The notes: generated by a model not told the origin, from the sequence alone. A DNA stretch of 64,000 nucleotides from Moniliella sp. 'wahieum' (GCA_003971905.1 RSEE01000070.1:124001-188000), one strand, 5' to 3'. Positions 52,220 to 64,000 are shown, numbered from the stretch's first letter. Made by a program: numbers and translations.

Positions 52220-52320
52220 CGCTTTTGGCTGTGATCTCGCACCCATTTCCAATTTCTTTATGTTTCCAGCGTCTCGCTCGTTTCCTGTCCTTCTCTTCTC
52301 ACCATGTCCCAGCCCTTTTG
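52220..52320 (+). repeat. Degenerate dispersed repeat; second copy at ~62222-62330
   Basis: TTTGGCT..GATCTCGC.CCCATTTCCAATTTCTT..AGCGTCTCGCTC..CCTGT..CACCATGTCC is shared by both sites. Confidence 0.7.
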
Positions 52321-52856
52321 CTTTTCTTCTAACCCCACCTCTCTTCGACGCGGATGCGCTCCTTCGTCTCAGTGTCCGGCACACGACGATGCCAATGTTT
52401 CAACGGTGGGTATACGTTGAACAACAGCTTGTCTCTCGCCGGTCTTTCTTTTTCACAGAAAGAGATGACTCCATCCCATGTTTGCGTGCTCTTCTGCAGC
52501 AACTGTGCTCTGCTAAACTGATTTCCCATCTGTGTGGATTCGCGACGGTTAAATGTTCCAAAAGCATCGTCACAAGGTTGTTGTCACTTGCGTTTTGTTC
52601 TTTTGCGGGGGAATGATTCGTCCAATACCGGCGTCTTATCATATTAGAACAAGGAGGACCACCACCGGGCCTACGGCCCGGTCAGCTGGGGCTTCGCCGC
52701 GGCTGTGCTGCGTCGCCACCTTAGCCACCGTTCTCCCGGGCCACCGTTCCACGCTGGAGAGGGAACGTAATATCACCGATGCTTGCGGGCGGGCTGGAAC
52801 GTGGCACCGGTCGCTGGTGTATAAGCGTGCAGATCGGGGGTTGTGTTGCAATATTA

Positions 52857-53035
52857 CGCGCTTCCTAGGGTACGGGACCGGATGGCGAGAACCGGAGGGT
52901 CCTGATATCCTGGCGATCCCACTGGTTCCTTGACCTTGGTGGCGCCCCCAAGTAACCCCCGCAAGATGAACGGTTAGGTTTAGACGTAGCGTTCCCCCTG
53001 TCCCAGCCTTAAGCTCTGTCAATGAAATGGACGTG
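52857..53035 (-). repeat. ~180-bp dispersed repeat, copy 2
   Basis: Reverse complement of 16732-16912 at about 95% identity. Confidence 0.93.
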
Positions 53036-53065
53036 ATCTAGGGATAAGGCGCTGCAGAGTATAAG

Positions 53066-53769
53066 TGTCACGGGCTGCGGCGGACTCGAGAGGGTCCGAC
53101 CGAAGCTAAGGCCCGCCTGCTCCGCACATGCCCAGTAGAGCGTGCTCCGCAGGCCAACCAAGTGTGATGATGGTTGGCTAAATTAAGTATCGTGGCCGAA
53201 GGGCCATGCTCCGTGCGACAATAGTCGCCCCCCGCCCAAAAGTCCAAGTTCCCTTTTGATCCTGCCTGTACCCGTGGTTGATGGGGATCTTTTCCCCCAC
53301 CTTCCATTCTCGTCATTCTCGTCAACCCCTTGTCTACTCCTCTCGCCCATCCCGTCCGACCCCTGCCCGTTTTCCAGCCAATTGATCCAGTACAGGCAGC
53401 CTACTCTTGTTAGCGTCCGACATCTCCTCCGACCTCGTCCTCCAGCCCTTCGTCAGTCCAGTCGCGCGAGCCCTCCTTTGGTCGCGTCGATTCCCAGTCT
53501 CAGTTCAGGCAGTGTTTGTCCGCCGCTGTCTCCTCCTCCCGTCCCTAAGTCCCGGAGGCTTCAGACACGTTACTACGGCCCAAGCCGGTGCAGACGCAGC
53601 ATTGCCACACGTGCAGCCGCCCCACCAAAGGCCTCTCCTCGTCCCTAGCTCCGCTCGGACACACCAACCAGCCTAAGCCCGAAACTACCGTGAGTCGATC
53701 TACCGTCGCCTAAGGGATAGTACCCCAAAAACCCCAGGGCGGCCCCCCTGGCGGCGCCCGCCCCTGACA
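53066..53769. mobile_element. Solo LTR (704 bp) of an LTR retrotransposon
   Basis: Termini TGTCACGGG...CCCCTGACA. Perfect 5-bp TSD ATAAG at 53061-53065 and 53770-53774. No coding capacity recognised. Confidence 0.85.
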
Positions 53770-54796
53770 ATAAGAGTTTTGTGGCATCCCTCTCGCGATG
53801 CGAATTGGAACTGGGTGAAGAGCACGCTGTCGGGACCAGACTCACCTGGTCACCGATGCTCACCAGTTTGACTGGACCCTGTTTTGTTCTAGATCCTATC
53901 TCCCCCTTTTGGTTCTATGCTCCCCCTTTTGTTTTCTCCGTGTGAGTCAGCTCACTCGGCCTCCTCTTCTCCGAGGTATATATACCTCGCTCCCATATGC
54001 CACTCGATGAATATGATCTCTATCCTTTCCCCCATCTCCATCTCCTGATACACGCCGTTGGAAGATCGCCAGGAGTGACCAGTAACTAGTGACCTCTGAT
54101 GATGACCTTTCGCCACGGAACGGAGAGCGGAGGGGTAGTAGTGTGCCGAAAAAGCACTTATAGCTTTGGGACTGTGATCTCTGGCAGTCGATTTTTCAAT
54201 TCTGAACGTCTTAGACTTGAAGCAGTGAACTTGAAGCTTGAGATCAAGCCTCCCGGCCTCCCCACACTGTTTTGAGGCATTTTACTCCATACTTGTTTGC
54301 CCCAATCCTTTTCGCCGTAGAAGTTTATCTTTTGGACACGCAGAAAACCAAGCGAACACTCTCTTTTTTCGAACCCTGTAATCACATGTAATACTCTGGT
54401 GCCTGAGGGGCCTGAGCCTGAGGCCTCAGTCTCAGGTCTGATGAGTCGATGAGGCCCGATGCCTGAGGCCCTGAGGCTTGATGGTCTGAGTTACTCCAGC
54501 CCTCTGAGCCTCAGCAGGCCTCTTGCGCGAACGTAACGAGTACCTGCATCATGTATTTTGCCGTCCATTGAGCATATTGAGCCGAGAAGAGGGACTGTAC
54601 CTGCTCTGCCGTCTACGTATCCAGGCACAGGGCGTGCTGCGCACTGCGACGGAAAAGCATCGACACCCTTGACCGGCGTATGGTGCTTAGCGCTTAGCCT
54701 AAGCGCCTATACCGGTCACCGGACCACCGTCGTTTTTTTCCTAAAAGCTATAGAGGAAACGGCGCCGAGAAGGAAGCGCTGCGGAAACTGAAGGGG

Positions 54797-55854
54797 CACG
54801 TGGCATGGTGGTGGGGTGATCGTTACCGTTTAGCAACCCCTAACGCCTTGTGCGTTGCTCTTCCGGTCACGCGGGTTTCGCCACTCGGTCGGAGTACTCG
54901 GTACTCGTATACTCTCAGTATACTCTTCGTACTCCGAATTCTGACTCAGTACTCACTGCTCCCTGTGAGAGGGTGGCAGCATCCGGTTGCGGGCGGCTAC
55001 ACCTCCGGTTGTAAGCGCCGACAAGCTAGAGCATGCTATAGGTCCGGACAAGACAGGGACAGAAAGACGGGATACAGCCACACGTTTTACACCAACAGCT
55101 GTCGGTGTTCGAATAATGGCGCGGATCAGGGCAAAAAACGAGGCAGGGGCAGGGGTAGGCTGGGCAGCAGGAACGGTCCCTTGGCCACAGCGTTTGGCCT
55201 GAGCAGGTCTGCGCTCGCGCTCTTCATCGATCATAGCCTCGACGGCCGCTGCACTCCTATATCTTTGGGGGGACTGCTGGCAGGCCGCCGGAGCAGAAAT
55301 CTGTGATGGTGGTGATGGAAACTGGAAGAGGCAGGCATCTGGCCCAGCGTGAGACCCTGTGGGACCTAGATTCGACCGACACTTCTCCCGTGCCGCATGC
55401 CGAATTAAGCACGCGGCCAGAGACAGAGTGAGGAGGCGCCACTCACACCGCCCCCGTGCTGGGAGGCGCACGCAAGAACCCGAGCCAAGAGCCAAGACGG
55501 GGGCGCTCCAATTTCATGCGGGCGGCATCCAGCAGCATAGAAACAGCTGGGCCACAACGCCGCAGCAGACGAGTGTAGCGGCGGGTGTCGAATGCGCACG
55601 TTCCCCAGGCCGCTGCATCCATCACCCACCACGGATCACCGCTGCCACCGATCACATGCTGCGGCTTGGACGACGGTGAGCGGGGGCTGGGCGGGGATGC
55701 CGGGGGGAGGGGATGGGTGATCTGACTTGCTGGTGCGCCTGCTGCTGGGCGCCTGCTGCTGGCCAGCCAGCACGCGGTGTGGTGTGGTCAACATACTGAA
55801 CATGCCCGGCAGCACACCGCGCCCTCCCCGTGCATCCTCCCGGCAGCGCACGTT
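54797..55854 (+). promoter_or_regulatory. Candidate Pho4-type E-boxes upstream of the phosphate transporter
   Basis: CACGTG at 54797, CACGTTTT at 55081, CACGTT at 55597 and 55849, all within ~1.3 kb of the ATG. Confidence 0.4.
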
Positions 55855-56064
55855 CGCCTCACCTGCAAGCCGAGGAAAACGCAACCCCGCCTCTTGCGCC
55901 GCCCGTCCTGACACTCCTGTCCTGCCCGCACCTCCCGTTGTGTACCTGCCACAGCCGCCCCTCCTGTCGCCTGCCCACGCCATCCGTCGCATCTGCCTTT
56001 TAAGCGTGCTGCTCCGGTGCTCTGCCCTGCCTCTTGTCCCCACCACCACGTCCCTGCGTCGGCC

Positions 56065-58396
56065 ATGTCTGACGAAAGTATGTCTGCTCTTCCTTGTGCC
56101 GCCTTGTTCTCCCCCGCTCACCTCTCTCCCTGCGCTAGTCCACATGCAGCAGGTCAAGCAGACCGAGTCCTCTGTGGGCACCAGCCCGGACGTCAGCCCC
56201 GACTCCGACTACGACCACACCGTCCTCTCCGACGAGGCTGCGGCGCGTCTCGATGCCATCCTCTTCCCCACCGACTCGTACACCGACAGCAAGGAGTACT
56301 GGGCCGACCTGCCCGCCAGCCAGCGCACCCGCTGGATCAACGCCCAGAGCAACGCCGAGGCCAAGCGCGAGCTTGGCGTAGTCTGGTCCATGTTCAAGGA
56401 GGACCCCCTTTCGCCCCTGCGTGCTTACTGGAACAACTACGCCATCACTGGTCTCGGTCTGTTTGTCGAGGGCTACACCCTCTTCTCGGTCGGTAACCTC
56501 AACCCCATCTTTAAGGAGGTGTGGCCGCAGTGCTGGAAGACGTACAAGGTGTGCAACGCTACCTGGGTCCACTCGACCGACTACCTCCAGATTGTCGGCA
56601 TTATCTGTGGCCAGATCTGCGTCGGTATCGAAGCGGACTGGATTGGCCGTCGGGTACGTTTTTTTCTCTCCCATTCCCGGTATTGCTGAGCCGGTTGCCT
56701 GTACTGACATGTGACGCGGGTGACTAGTTTGGTATGGTGCAAGATGCTCTGATTATGACGCTTGGATCGGTTATGCTTACCTCCATGTGGGGCACGTCGC
56801 TCAACGGCTGGGTCATCTGCTACGCCTGGTCTCAATTTGTGTACGGCTTTGGTGTTGGTGGTGAGTACCCCGTGGTAGGCACCACCTCGATGGAACAGGC
56901 TTCTGGTCATGGCGCTGGCGAGCGCGACCGTCTTCACCGTGGTCGTCGCGTTGCTCTTTCCTTCCTTATGCAGGGATGGGGCCAGGTTATCAACCAAGTT
57001 GTGCTCATCATCCTCATCTTTCCACAACGACTTGGGTGACAAGGGCTACAATGCCAAATCGACCCAGTGGACCTTCCGTGTTTCCTTTGGTATCATCGCC
57101 GCCTTCACCCTCTACCTTGCTTACCTGCGTTACTACCGCATTCGCAACACGGACGATGCTGTGCGTGCGGCCAAGAAGCGCACCCACACCTCGGGTTACG
57201 ACATTGTGTCGCTCAAGCATGCCCTCACTCATTATTATGGCCGCCTGTTGACCACCAGTGGTCTAGAGCCCATCGGCCTTCAGTGACACGTGGCCCGATC
57301 CACACAGTGCACCGGGGCAGTGAGTTCCGACCCTTCCACGGGTTTCCACTGGCCTCCAGGCCAGGAGCCTATCAAGGCCCATAGCTCTAGCTCTCCTTAG
57401 CTCTTGAATGCCATCTCCATCGACCATCGCCAGCATCGCTAGCTAGGCCTGTGACACCGCCTGATCGGCACCACCTTTGGCTGGTTTGCCAACGACTTTG
57501 CCTTCTACGGGAACAAAGTGTTCAGCGGTGTGTTTATCCAGATCATTACTGGCACTTCGTCCGTGCGGGTCACCTGGCTGTACCTGATCAACGTGGTGTC
57601 AGTTTGTGCGGCTACTACATGGGCGCCCTCCTGATTGACCACAAGAACTACGGCCGCAAGTGGATGCAGTTCAACGGTTTCTTTATGCTCTTCGTTCTTC
57701 TCCTTATTTCGGCCGCCGCCTACAAGCCGCTGACCGTCCCCGGCCCGGGCGTCAAGGGTTTCGAGGCGATCTACTTCCTGATTGGTTTCTTCAACCAGTT
57801 TGGCCCCAACACCACCACCTTCCTTCTCGCCGCCGAGTGCTACCCCGCGTCGATTCGTGCCACGGCGCACGGTGTGTCGGCTGCGTGCGGCAAGCTCGGT
57901 GCGTTGGTGCCGACGATTGTGTACAACTACGTTGCGTCCCGGACCAAGTTTGGATTGTGACCTGGTTCGCCTTGGCTGGGTGCATTGTCACTCTTGTGTT
58001 TGTTCCCGACACGTCGGGTCTGGACCTGCGCGAGTTGGAGCGCTACTGGATCTACGTCCGTGACGGCCGTGCGGAGGACTACCACGGTGTGGCGGTGCAC
58101 CCGCGCCACCTGTCGCTGTTTGAGCGTGTGGTGCTGCACCGCCACCGCGCCTACGACCCGAGCTCGACCGCCGGGCGAAGATTGACGAGCTGCGACAGGC
58201 GTACGAGTCGATGAAGGCGCTCAACGGTGTTGAGGACGGCGACGCAGACCACCTCACCGCCGAGCAGCGTGACTTCCTCGAACATGAGCTGGCCAACTTC
58301 TTTGACTCGGAGCGCAAGTTGCGCGGACACGACGTTATGGCCTCGGCGCACCCGCAACCTTCGCAGTTGGCAGCGCTGGAGCGCAAGTTGGCATAA
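56065..58396 (+). pseudogene. MFS phosphate:H+ symporter family (PHO84-like) gene interrupted by a solo LTR
   Basis: GLFVEGYTLFSVG, GIEADWIGRR, GFGVGGEYP, RGRRVALSFLMQGWG, WFANDFAFYGN, FFNQFGPNTTTF..ECYPASIRATAHGVSAACGKLGA. Introns 56078-56138 and 56654-56727. The insertion at 57246-57456 introduces an in-frame TGA at 57284-57286. Confidence 0.8.
57246..57456. mobile_element. Solo LTR-like insertion (211 bp) within the transporter CDS
   Basis: TGTTGAC...GTGACA termini. Perfect 5-bp TSD CCGCC at 57241-57245 and 57457-57461. Removing it restores YYGRLIGTTFGWFAND. Confidence 0.92.
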
Positions 58397-61300
58397 GCTT
58401 GTTGTCAGTTTGCTTTTAGCCCCCTTTGGAGCCCCCTTTGGAGCCCCCTTTGGGCACCCCGTTTATCCCCCCCCTCCCCCTTTTCTTGTTTCCTTTCGCA
58501 AGCCCATACCCGCAAGATTGGGCATCGACGCCTTCCAGCAATGCCCTATCTCTTCTCTCTTGTCCTTTAAAAGAATCAGCTCTCACGTGTCACGCGGTAC
58601 TACCTTGGTGTGTGGTCCTTGGCAGGCGCCTTGGCGATAGCCCCTCCTCTCAGTCATCATGCCCATTTATCCGCTTGTTAAAACGTCATATGACAACTGC
58701 CTGTTCTTCGACCTACCACCATATTGGCGGCCCCTTCTGGCCCTGTCTTGATGCATGTGCATGAGCCTGCATGATCTCGTTCGATGGTTAATTACGTCAA
58801 TTTATCTGCCATCCTACGCTTGCCAAATTTGCTGCCTCACTTCTTCGTAGTTGTGATAATCAACACGGATGGAGAGAGAAGCGAGAACAAACATAGTTGG
58901 CAAGCTGGCCAAACCTCTCATAAATTGTGAGCCTGTGGCGATGCAGTCTGTCGGACCCAAGGCGAGGCGATGAGGGAGGGTATGCGGAAAAGGGTTGGGC
59001 GACCTCAATCTTGCCCGTTTCTCGTGGGCTCGAGACGGCCCTCGCCAGCTAGGGGGGAATAGGATTTCTTGCTAGCGCGGCTGGTGGGGTCTACCGATCT
59101 AATTGATCTATTGAACCACGGATGCATTGCCTTTTTGGGTCTCTAGCTCAATCTGCTTTGTCTCTCGGCAGATGACAAACAGCAATGCAGGTATATCGTC
59201 TTCAATCTTATCGTGCAGTTACTGCCGGTTACCAGTTACCATCGGTTAGTACCCAGCGCCGCTCCTAGTAGAGTAGACCATAAAGAGTTACTTCTCCGGC
59301 TTGGCACGTGCCGCACGCATCTTTCCTGACGCGATCACATCCCACACCCTCTGAGATCTGACACCCAACTCATCGATCATCACGTATCGCAGCACACCAT
59401 AGATATAGGCCTTAGGCCTCGTCCGGCGCAACACAACTAATAGTAGTATTAGTCAGCGCTGAGGCTTCAGCTCCCACAAGCAACAGCTTGAATAGAAGCA
59501 ATCCCACTATGACCAGGGTGCAGTCCACGGTTTTATCTTTCTTCCTGAGCGGGCCTGAGGCTCAGTAGGCCCGCTCCAGTGCATGGCCCGATAATCGATA
59601 AGCGGATGAAAAGCATCTGCATCCGTGCCATCCATTCGTGAACCATTGAACATCAAGGTTACTAAGCCCGACGCCCCGCTGGCCGAGCACAAGTAGGAGT
59701 GTGATCCGATATGGCCGGGTATGGCCGGCACGGATGAGGGTCTTGGCCCTGGTTTGGATCGCCCGCGGTACCTCAGGCAGACCTCTGACAGGTTGCGGGT
59801 AAAGAACTCGTTGGGCTCGGCCGACCAGTACACGCTGTCACTCAGCCAGCCGCGGCAAACCATCATTGACAGTGCCCAGCCAGCCAGTTTACTATGCCTC
59901 CGTGGACGGACTATCTGGGTAAAAGATATACCTGGCGCGCCTTTGAGCCTACGAGGGTGGGTCTGGTTGGGCACCGTGGTGCTTGAGACTGTAACTGGGC
60001 AGTCCGCAACTCTGGCCTCAGGCTTGGTCTCAACGATATCTAATCCTCAGGCACTGAGGCTTGAGGACCTGCATTGTAAATCCGGGGGGAGCAGGCCATA
60101 GGGTTAACCCTACCTCCAGGTCGCTGGGGTTGTGCCGCAGCAAGGTCTGAACTGTGGTTCAAAGTTGCAGAAGGAGGTCGCGCCTGCCGCGAAGAATATC
60201 AGGGGGCCCAAGTTCAGCCTCTCTGGCTTGCTCCCCTACCACGACCAACTTGGGTGAGTACTGAGTCGCCTCTCTCGTTTGTTCCGGCTGTGATGATAGG
60301 CGCAGGACAGATTGCGTTCATCGCATCTAGCGCCCATTAACTGGCACCTCCACGTTGATTCAAGGTCTGCTCTCCCTCGTGGGGGCAGTGATGCCGTCAC
60401 TTTGCCTTCTGAGCCGTCACGAGTGCCTGTGCACCTGTTCTTGGGACGAATGAGTTAGCTGACCTTCTCTTCCCTTTTCGTTCCAATGTCAACTGCAGAA
60501 ATCACATCTCTACTCGCCCTCGACTCTTTTTGTCTGCAGCATCGTCAGTTTCACACGTCCCGTTGAGCCTTAAGAGCACTGTACCGGTCCTCCTCGCTTA
60601 TCCTCTGCCCTTCTAGGGCAAGGACAGGCAGGGTACAAAGGACAGCGGCTGCTTCACTTCGGTGCGAGCGGCCGCTCAAGACGGTCAGCACTTGTGTCAT
60701 ACTCAACCAGATCATCGTCCTTGCGGGTTGGCAATGTCCTTTGGGGCTTGGCGCCCTGGGCCCATGGACGGGGCTTTTTTGCACGCGTCTGCTCACTGGG
60801 TCTGGGCGTCTAGGTCAGCCCTTGGTACATTTTTGTTTAATGCATTTTCTTGGATTCTGTTTGCCTCTCGCTTGCCTCCTTGTTGCCTTGTGTGTAGGTT
60901 TGGTCGAGCCGGTTGTCAGTTGATTCTCTTTAAGCGTCACTAGCATTGTTAAGCCATCCCGGGTGGCTCTTGCTTTGGCCATGTCCCTTCAGTTCCTCCT
61001 CAGGCCTGGGAGAGTTCCTTGTTTTCTCTCTCTGCTGTTTTTCCCTGTTCCGCAGCTTAGCCCCTGGTGGCGACTCGCTGCTTGATGTTCTTCTGTAGGC
61101 GTTGCTGGTTGACTTAGACCACCACCACCAGTGCGATTGCATCACCCCTCGAGGACCATCAGGACTCCAGGTCTCATCAAGCGTCACTAGCGTCCCTCGC
61201 AGGCGTCTTCATTGTGGTGGTTCCGATGGATGGCACGTATTCGCTGCGTCATTACTGGCGGACTCACGACTACCAATAAGGCCTGAGGAAACATGCACAG

Positions 61301-62221
61301 GAGGAAATCGAAATGGATTCAAGAATCGGCGACACGTCGAGACATAGCCGAAGGCATGTTGGACCACCAGGTGACAAGTTCAGCTAGCAAGGGCGCTTTT
61401 CAGCACGAGCAGGCTTGCCAAAGAGTGGACTGCGTCCTTCTCGGTCCCGCATGTACGCCAGCGACCACAGAAAGGTCAAGGCAATACAAAGTACGCAGGG
61501 ACCTTTTTTACTTTGTTAAACAATGAAGAAGAAAAGCAAAACGTGCGCGGCTGCGCTGGCCTTTATATAGCTGCGAGCAAGTAGAGAACAAAATTCATTC
61601 CGCCCAGTTCGCTGCAATCCACTTCCGTCGACGGAGCGGAAATGCCAGTTCCGCCTGAACGATGAGCCGATGGACATTGGACATTGAACGTTTGAACAAA
61701 GTTGAATGTTGAAATTTAATCATGGTCGGTGTAATTTACCCCAGATACCTGTGGAGCTACGATGGCCGTTGTTTTTTATTGTGAAGGTGAAGATGCAATC
61801 GCACTAGCGGTAGTGGCAGTGATGGTCTAAACTCCAACCAAGAACACCTCCAAGGACAGCAATAAGCAAAGCGCCTTTAGGAATGGATGCGGGACGAAAA
61901 AAGTCAACCGAGAAAATGTCAGAGCGCCGTAACGCGTACGACTGAATAGAGGAGAGACTGGGAAAAATGTGCTTAGCTGAAGAAGAGACCTCCTTTGTCA
62001 ACTCTACAAACGCGCATCACGACAGCCGGCCCGTAGATCATCAACGCCATCCACATTAAACTCTTTGGAGGATCAAACAGTATTCAGAATCATGTCATTT
62101 GGGAATGGACCTGGACGTTAAGCGTATTTGTGCTGCGAGATTCAATGAGAGCTGTTGTCCAAGGCCCTCTCCCAGTTTCCTCTTTTAGATGTTACGTTTC
62201 CTCGACTCGTTACTCGTTGCC

Positions 62222-62330
62222 ATAGTTTGGCTGATCTCGCTCCCATTTCCAATTTCTTCGTCTCGAGCGTCTCGCTCCTTCCCTGTTTCTTCCACTTCGC
62301 ACCATGTCCTCTATTCTTGCTTCTTCCCCA
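62222..62330 (+). repeat. Degenerate dispersed repeat, partner of 52220-52320
   Basis: Shared GATCTCGC.CCCATTTCCAATTTCTT and AGCGTCTCGCTC blocks. Confidence 0.7.
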
Positions 62331-63779
62331 CGAACGATTGCTACACCCCTTGGCCTAGTCCGATTCTGGTCTCCCTCGCCTTAGCCCCGAGTGTGACACT
62401 CGTGACTACCCTCGTTTTGCTCTCCTTTTGCTCGGAGGGGAGGGATTAATGCGGACTCCTCTGGGGTCCACTCTCTTGTTCTGCAAACACTGCTTGTTCT
62501 TTGATCTCAAAATTGCGATTGCCAAAACAAAAGAGGTGTTGCTCTTCGTCGTTTTCCTTTGATTTTCTCCCCAGATATATCAGCTCTCAGGACTTGCGAC
62601 GCTCTACATGGATGCAGAGCTGCGATCTCGACCTAACTCCGAGACAAGATCAGAAAGCAGCAAATGGAAATGGTGGTCGGTGGTGATCCGAATAAGGCGT
62701 TTTGGCGAAACGAAGTCACTATAGTCTTTTCTTCAAGCTTCATCGACATCAAGGAATTTGGAACGCCACATGTCTGTGAACACATCACACGGACACTTTT
62801 GGTCGGAGGTGACCCGGTGACGTGCACGTTACTATCGGGGACATGCCCTACTATTAGCGCTTATTTTATTTTAGCCTAAGCGCTAAAGCTTAACGCTAAG
62901 CTTAGCTGCCATCGATCGCGGTGCACTTCCGGCCTCATTAATCATTAGCGCCGAGGGACCGCGGGCTCCGAGGACTGCTGATGCGCACATTACTCGCATA
63001 AGCCAACGACTAATAGCCTTGTCCTGTTTGCCCTTGTCCTGCTTCCTACCCTCAACGCGTATCTCTCGCCCGCAATCGATCGCCTACCCTACTGTCCCAA
63101 ACGCTTCAGCATCCATTGCGGTCTCCATAGCAGAGTGGACCAGGACGTCGCTACACTTCTCCACGCCCACAGGGCAAATAGGGTGCTGGCAGCACAGGCA
63201 CGGCGCCAATGCGCACAGGCCCTCATATTCCCAACGTTTCCCAACACGCCGCCTTAGAGTGACCTGTGAGGGGTTACCTTATGCGAGGCAGCACCACACG
63301 ACACTGCCCACCCCGCAAAAGCGGAATTACCTAGTTGACCCTGAGATCGACCTGAGACCCCATCTGTCTTAGCGCCGCCGCTGGTTTCAGTTGTGCAGTG
63401 CGCGGAGGTCGAAGGAGAAGTGGCCTGCAGTTATATGTGACACCACGTGACGACGATCCGCTCGTTTGGCGCGAGTAGTCGCACAAGGAGCCGCCAATCG
63501 CTCATGGCGATCACCAGTGCATGATGCGTGACCGGCGACCGGCGACCACGAGGTACACCAAGTACGAATCGATGAGTGGGTGATTAATGATTAATGATCG
63601 CTGATCGATGGGTCGGAGGGAGGGTTGCCCAAGCTTAATATATTCGCCAGCAGCAGTGGGCGGCCAGGCTTCAAACCTGCAGCAAAGCTCGCTTATAAGA
63701 TACTCATGGGCTTGGATCGAGAGTGCGTCTGGCCCGCCCGGCTGATTTGCTCACCACCAGCAGCTCTCCCTCTCGCCCT

Positions 63780-64000
63780 CGCCCTCCCACCTCGAGCAGC
63801 CGCCTGGCCACATGGAGCAGAATCACCGCAAGCCTACTAGCAACAACAGCAACAGGCCACAGCCATGCCCACACCGTCGCACCCCCTCTGTTTCACCTGC
63901 GAGACTGATGTTCCAATAAATACCCAGCCCCTCTCGGTCGAGCGTGCCTCCCGCACTCCCTTCCTCACACCACCACCCTGAGCTCCTCTCGCTCGCCACT
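63780..64000 (+). repeat. Second copy of the 170-582 repeat (single unit), running off the window at the position matching the ATG at 583
   Basis: ACCTCGAGC, CAGCAACAGGCCA, AGCCATGCC..CACCGTCG..CCCCTCTG, CCCTCTCGGTCGA..CACTCCCTTCCTC..CTCGCCA all occur in the same order as in the first copy. Confidence 0.8.

Overview
Eukaryotic, GC-rich, intron-poor fungal DNA. The short GT(A/G)(C/T)GT..CTRAC..YAG introns and the protein signatures suggest a basidiomycete, probably smut-like (Ustilaginomycotina); this is an inference. Recognisable genes in order: NSA1-like WD protein (-), SEC16 (+), a divergent NIMA/NEK-like kinase (+), CBF5 (-), PEX13 (+), ROM1/2 RhoGEF (+), PPS1-like dual-specificity phosphatase (+), mitochondrial uL4 (+), GYP7-like TBC RabGAP (-), a Pho4-like bHLH factor (+), SLX9-like (+), an orphan ORF (-) and a PHO84-family transporter (+). 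Nearly all of them, including essential ones, carry scattered small frameshifts. I read these as unpolished long-read errors, so CDS ends are approximate. Non-coding highlights: (i) a 211-bp TG..CA solo LTR with a perfect 5-bp TSD inside the transporter CDS; (ii) a 704-bp solo LTR with its TSD; (iii) a ~180-bp TSD-less repeat present twice; (iv) a multicopy AT-hook gene whose upstream region recurs 63 kb away; (v) intergenic 7-nt-phased TGA-N4-TGA arrays whose variable cores are mostly palindromic. The last is the least explained signal in the window.
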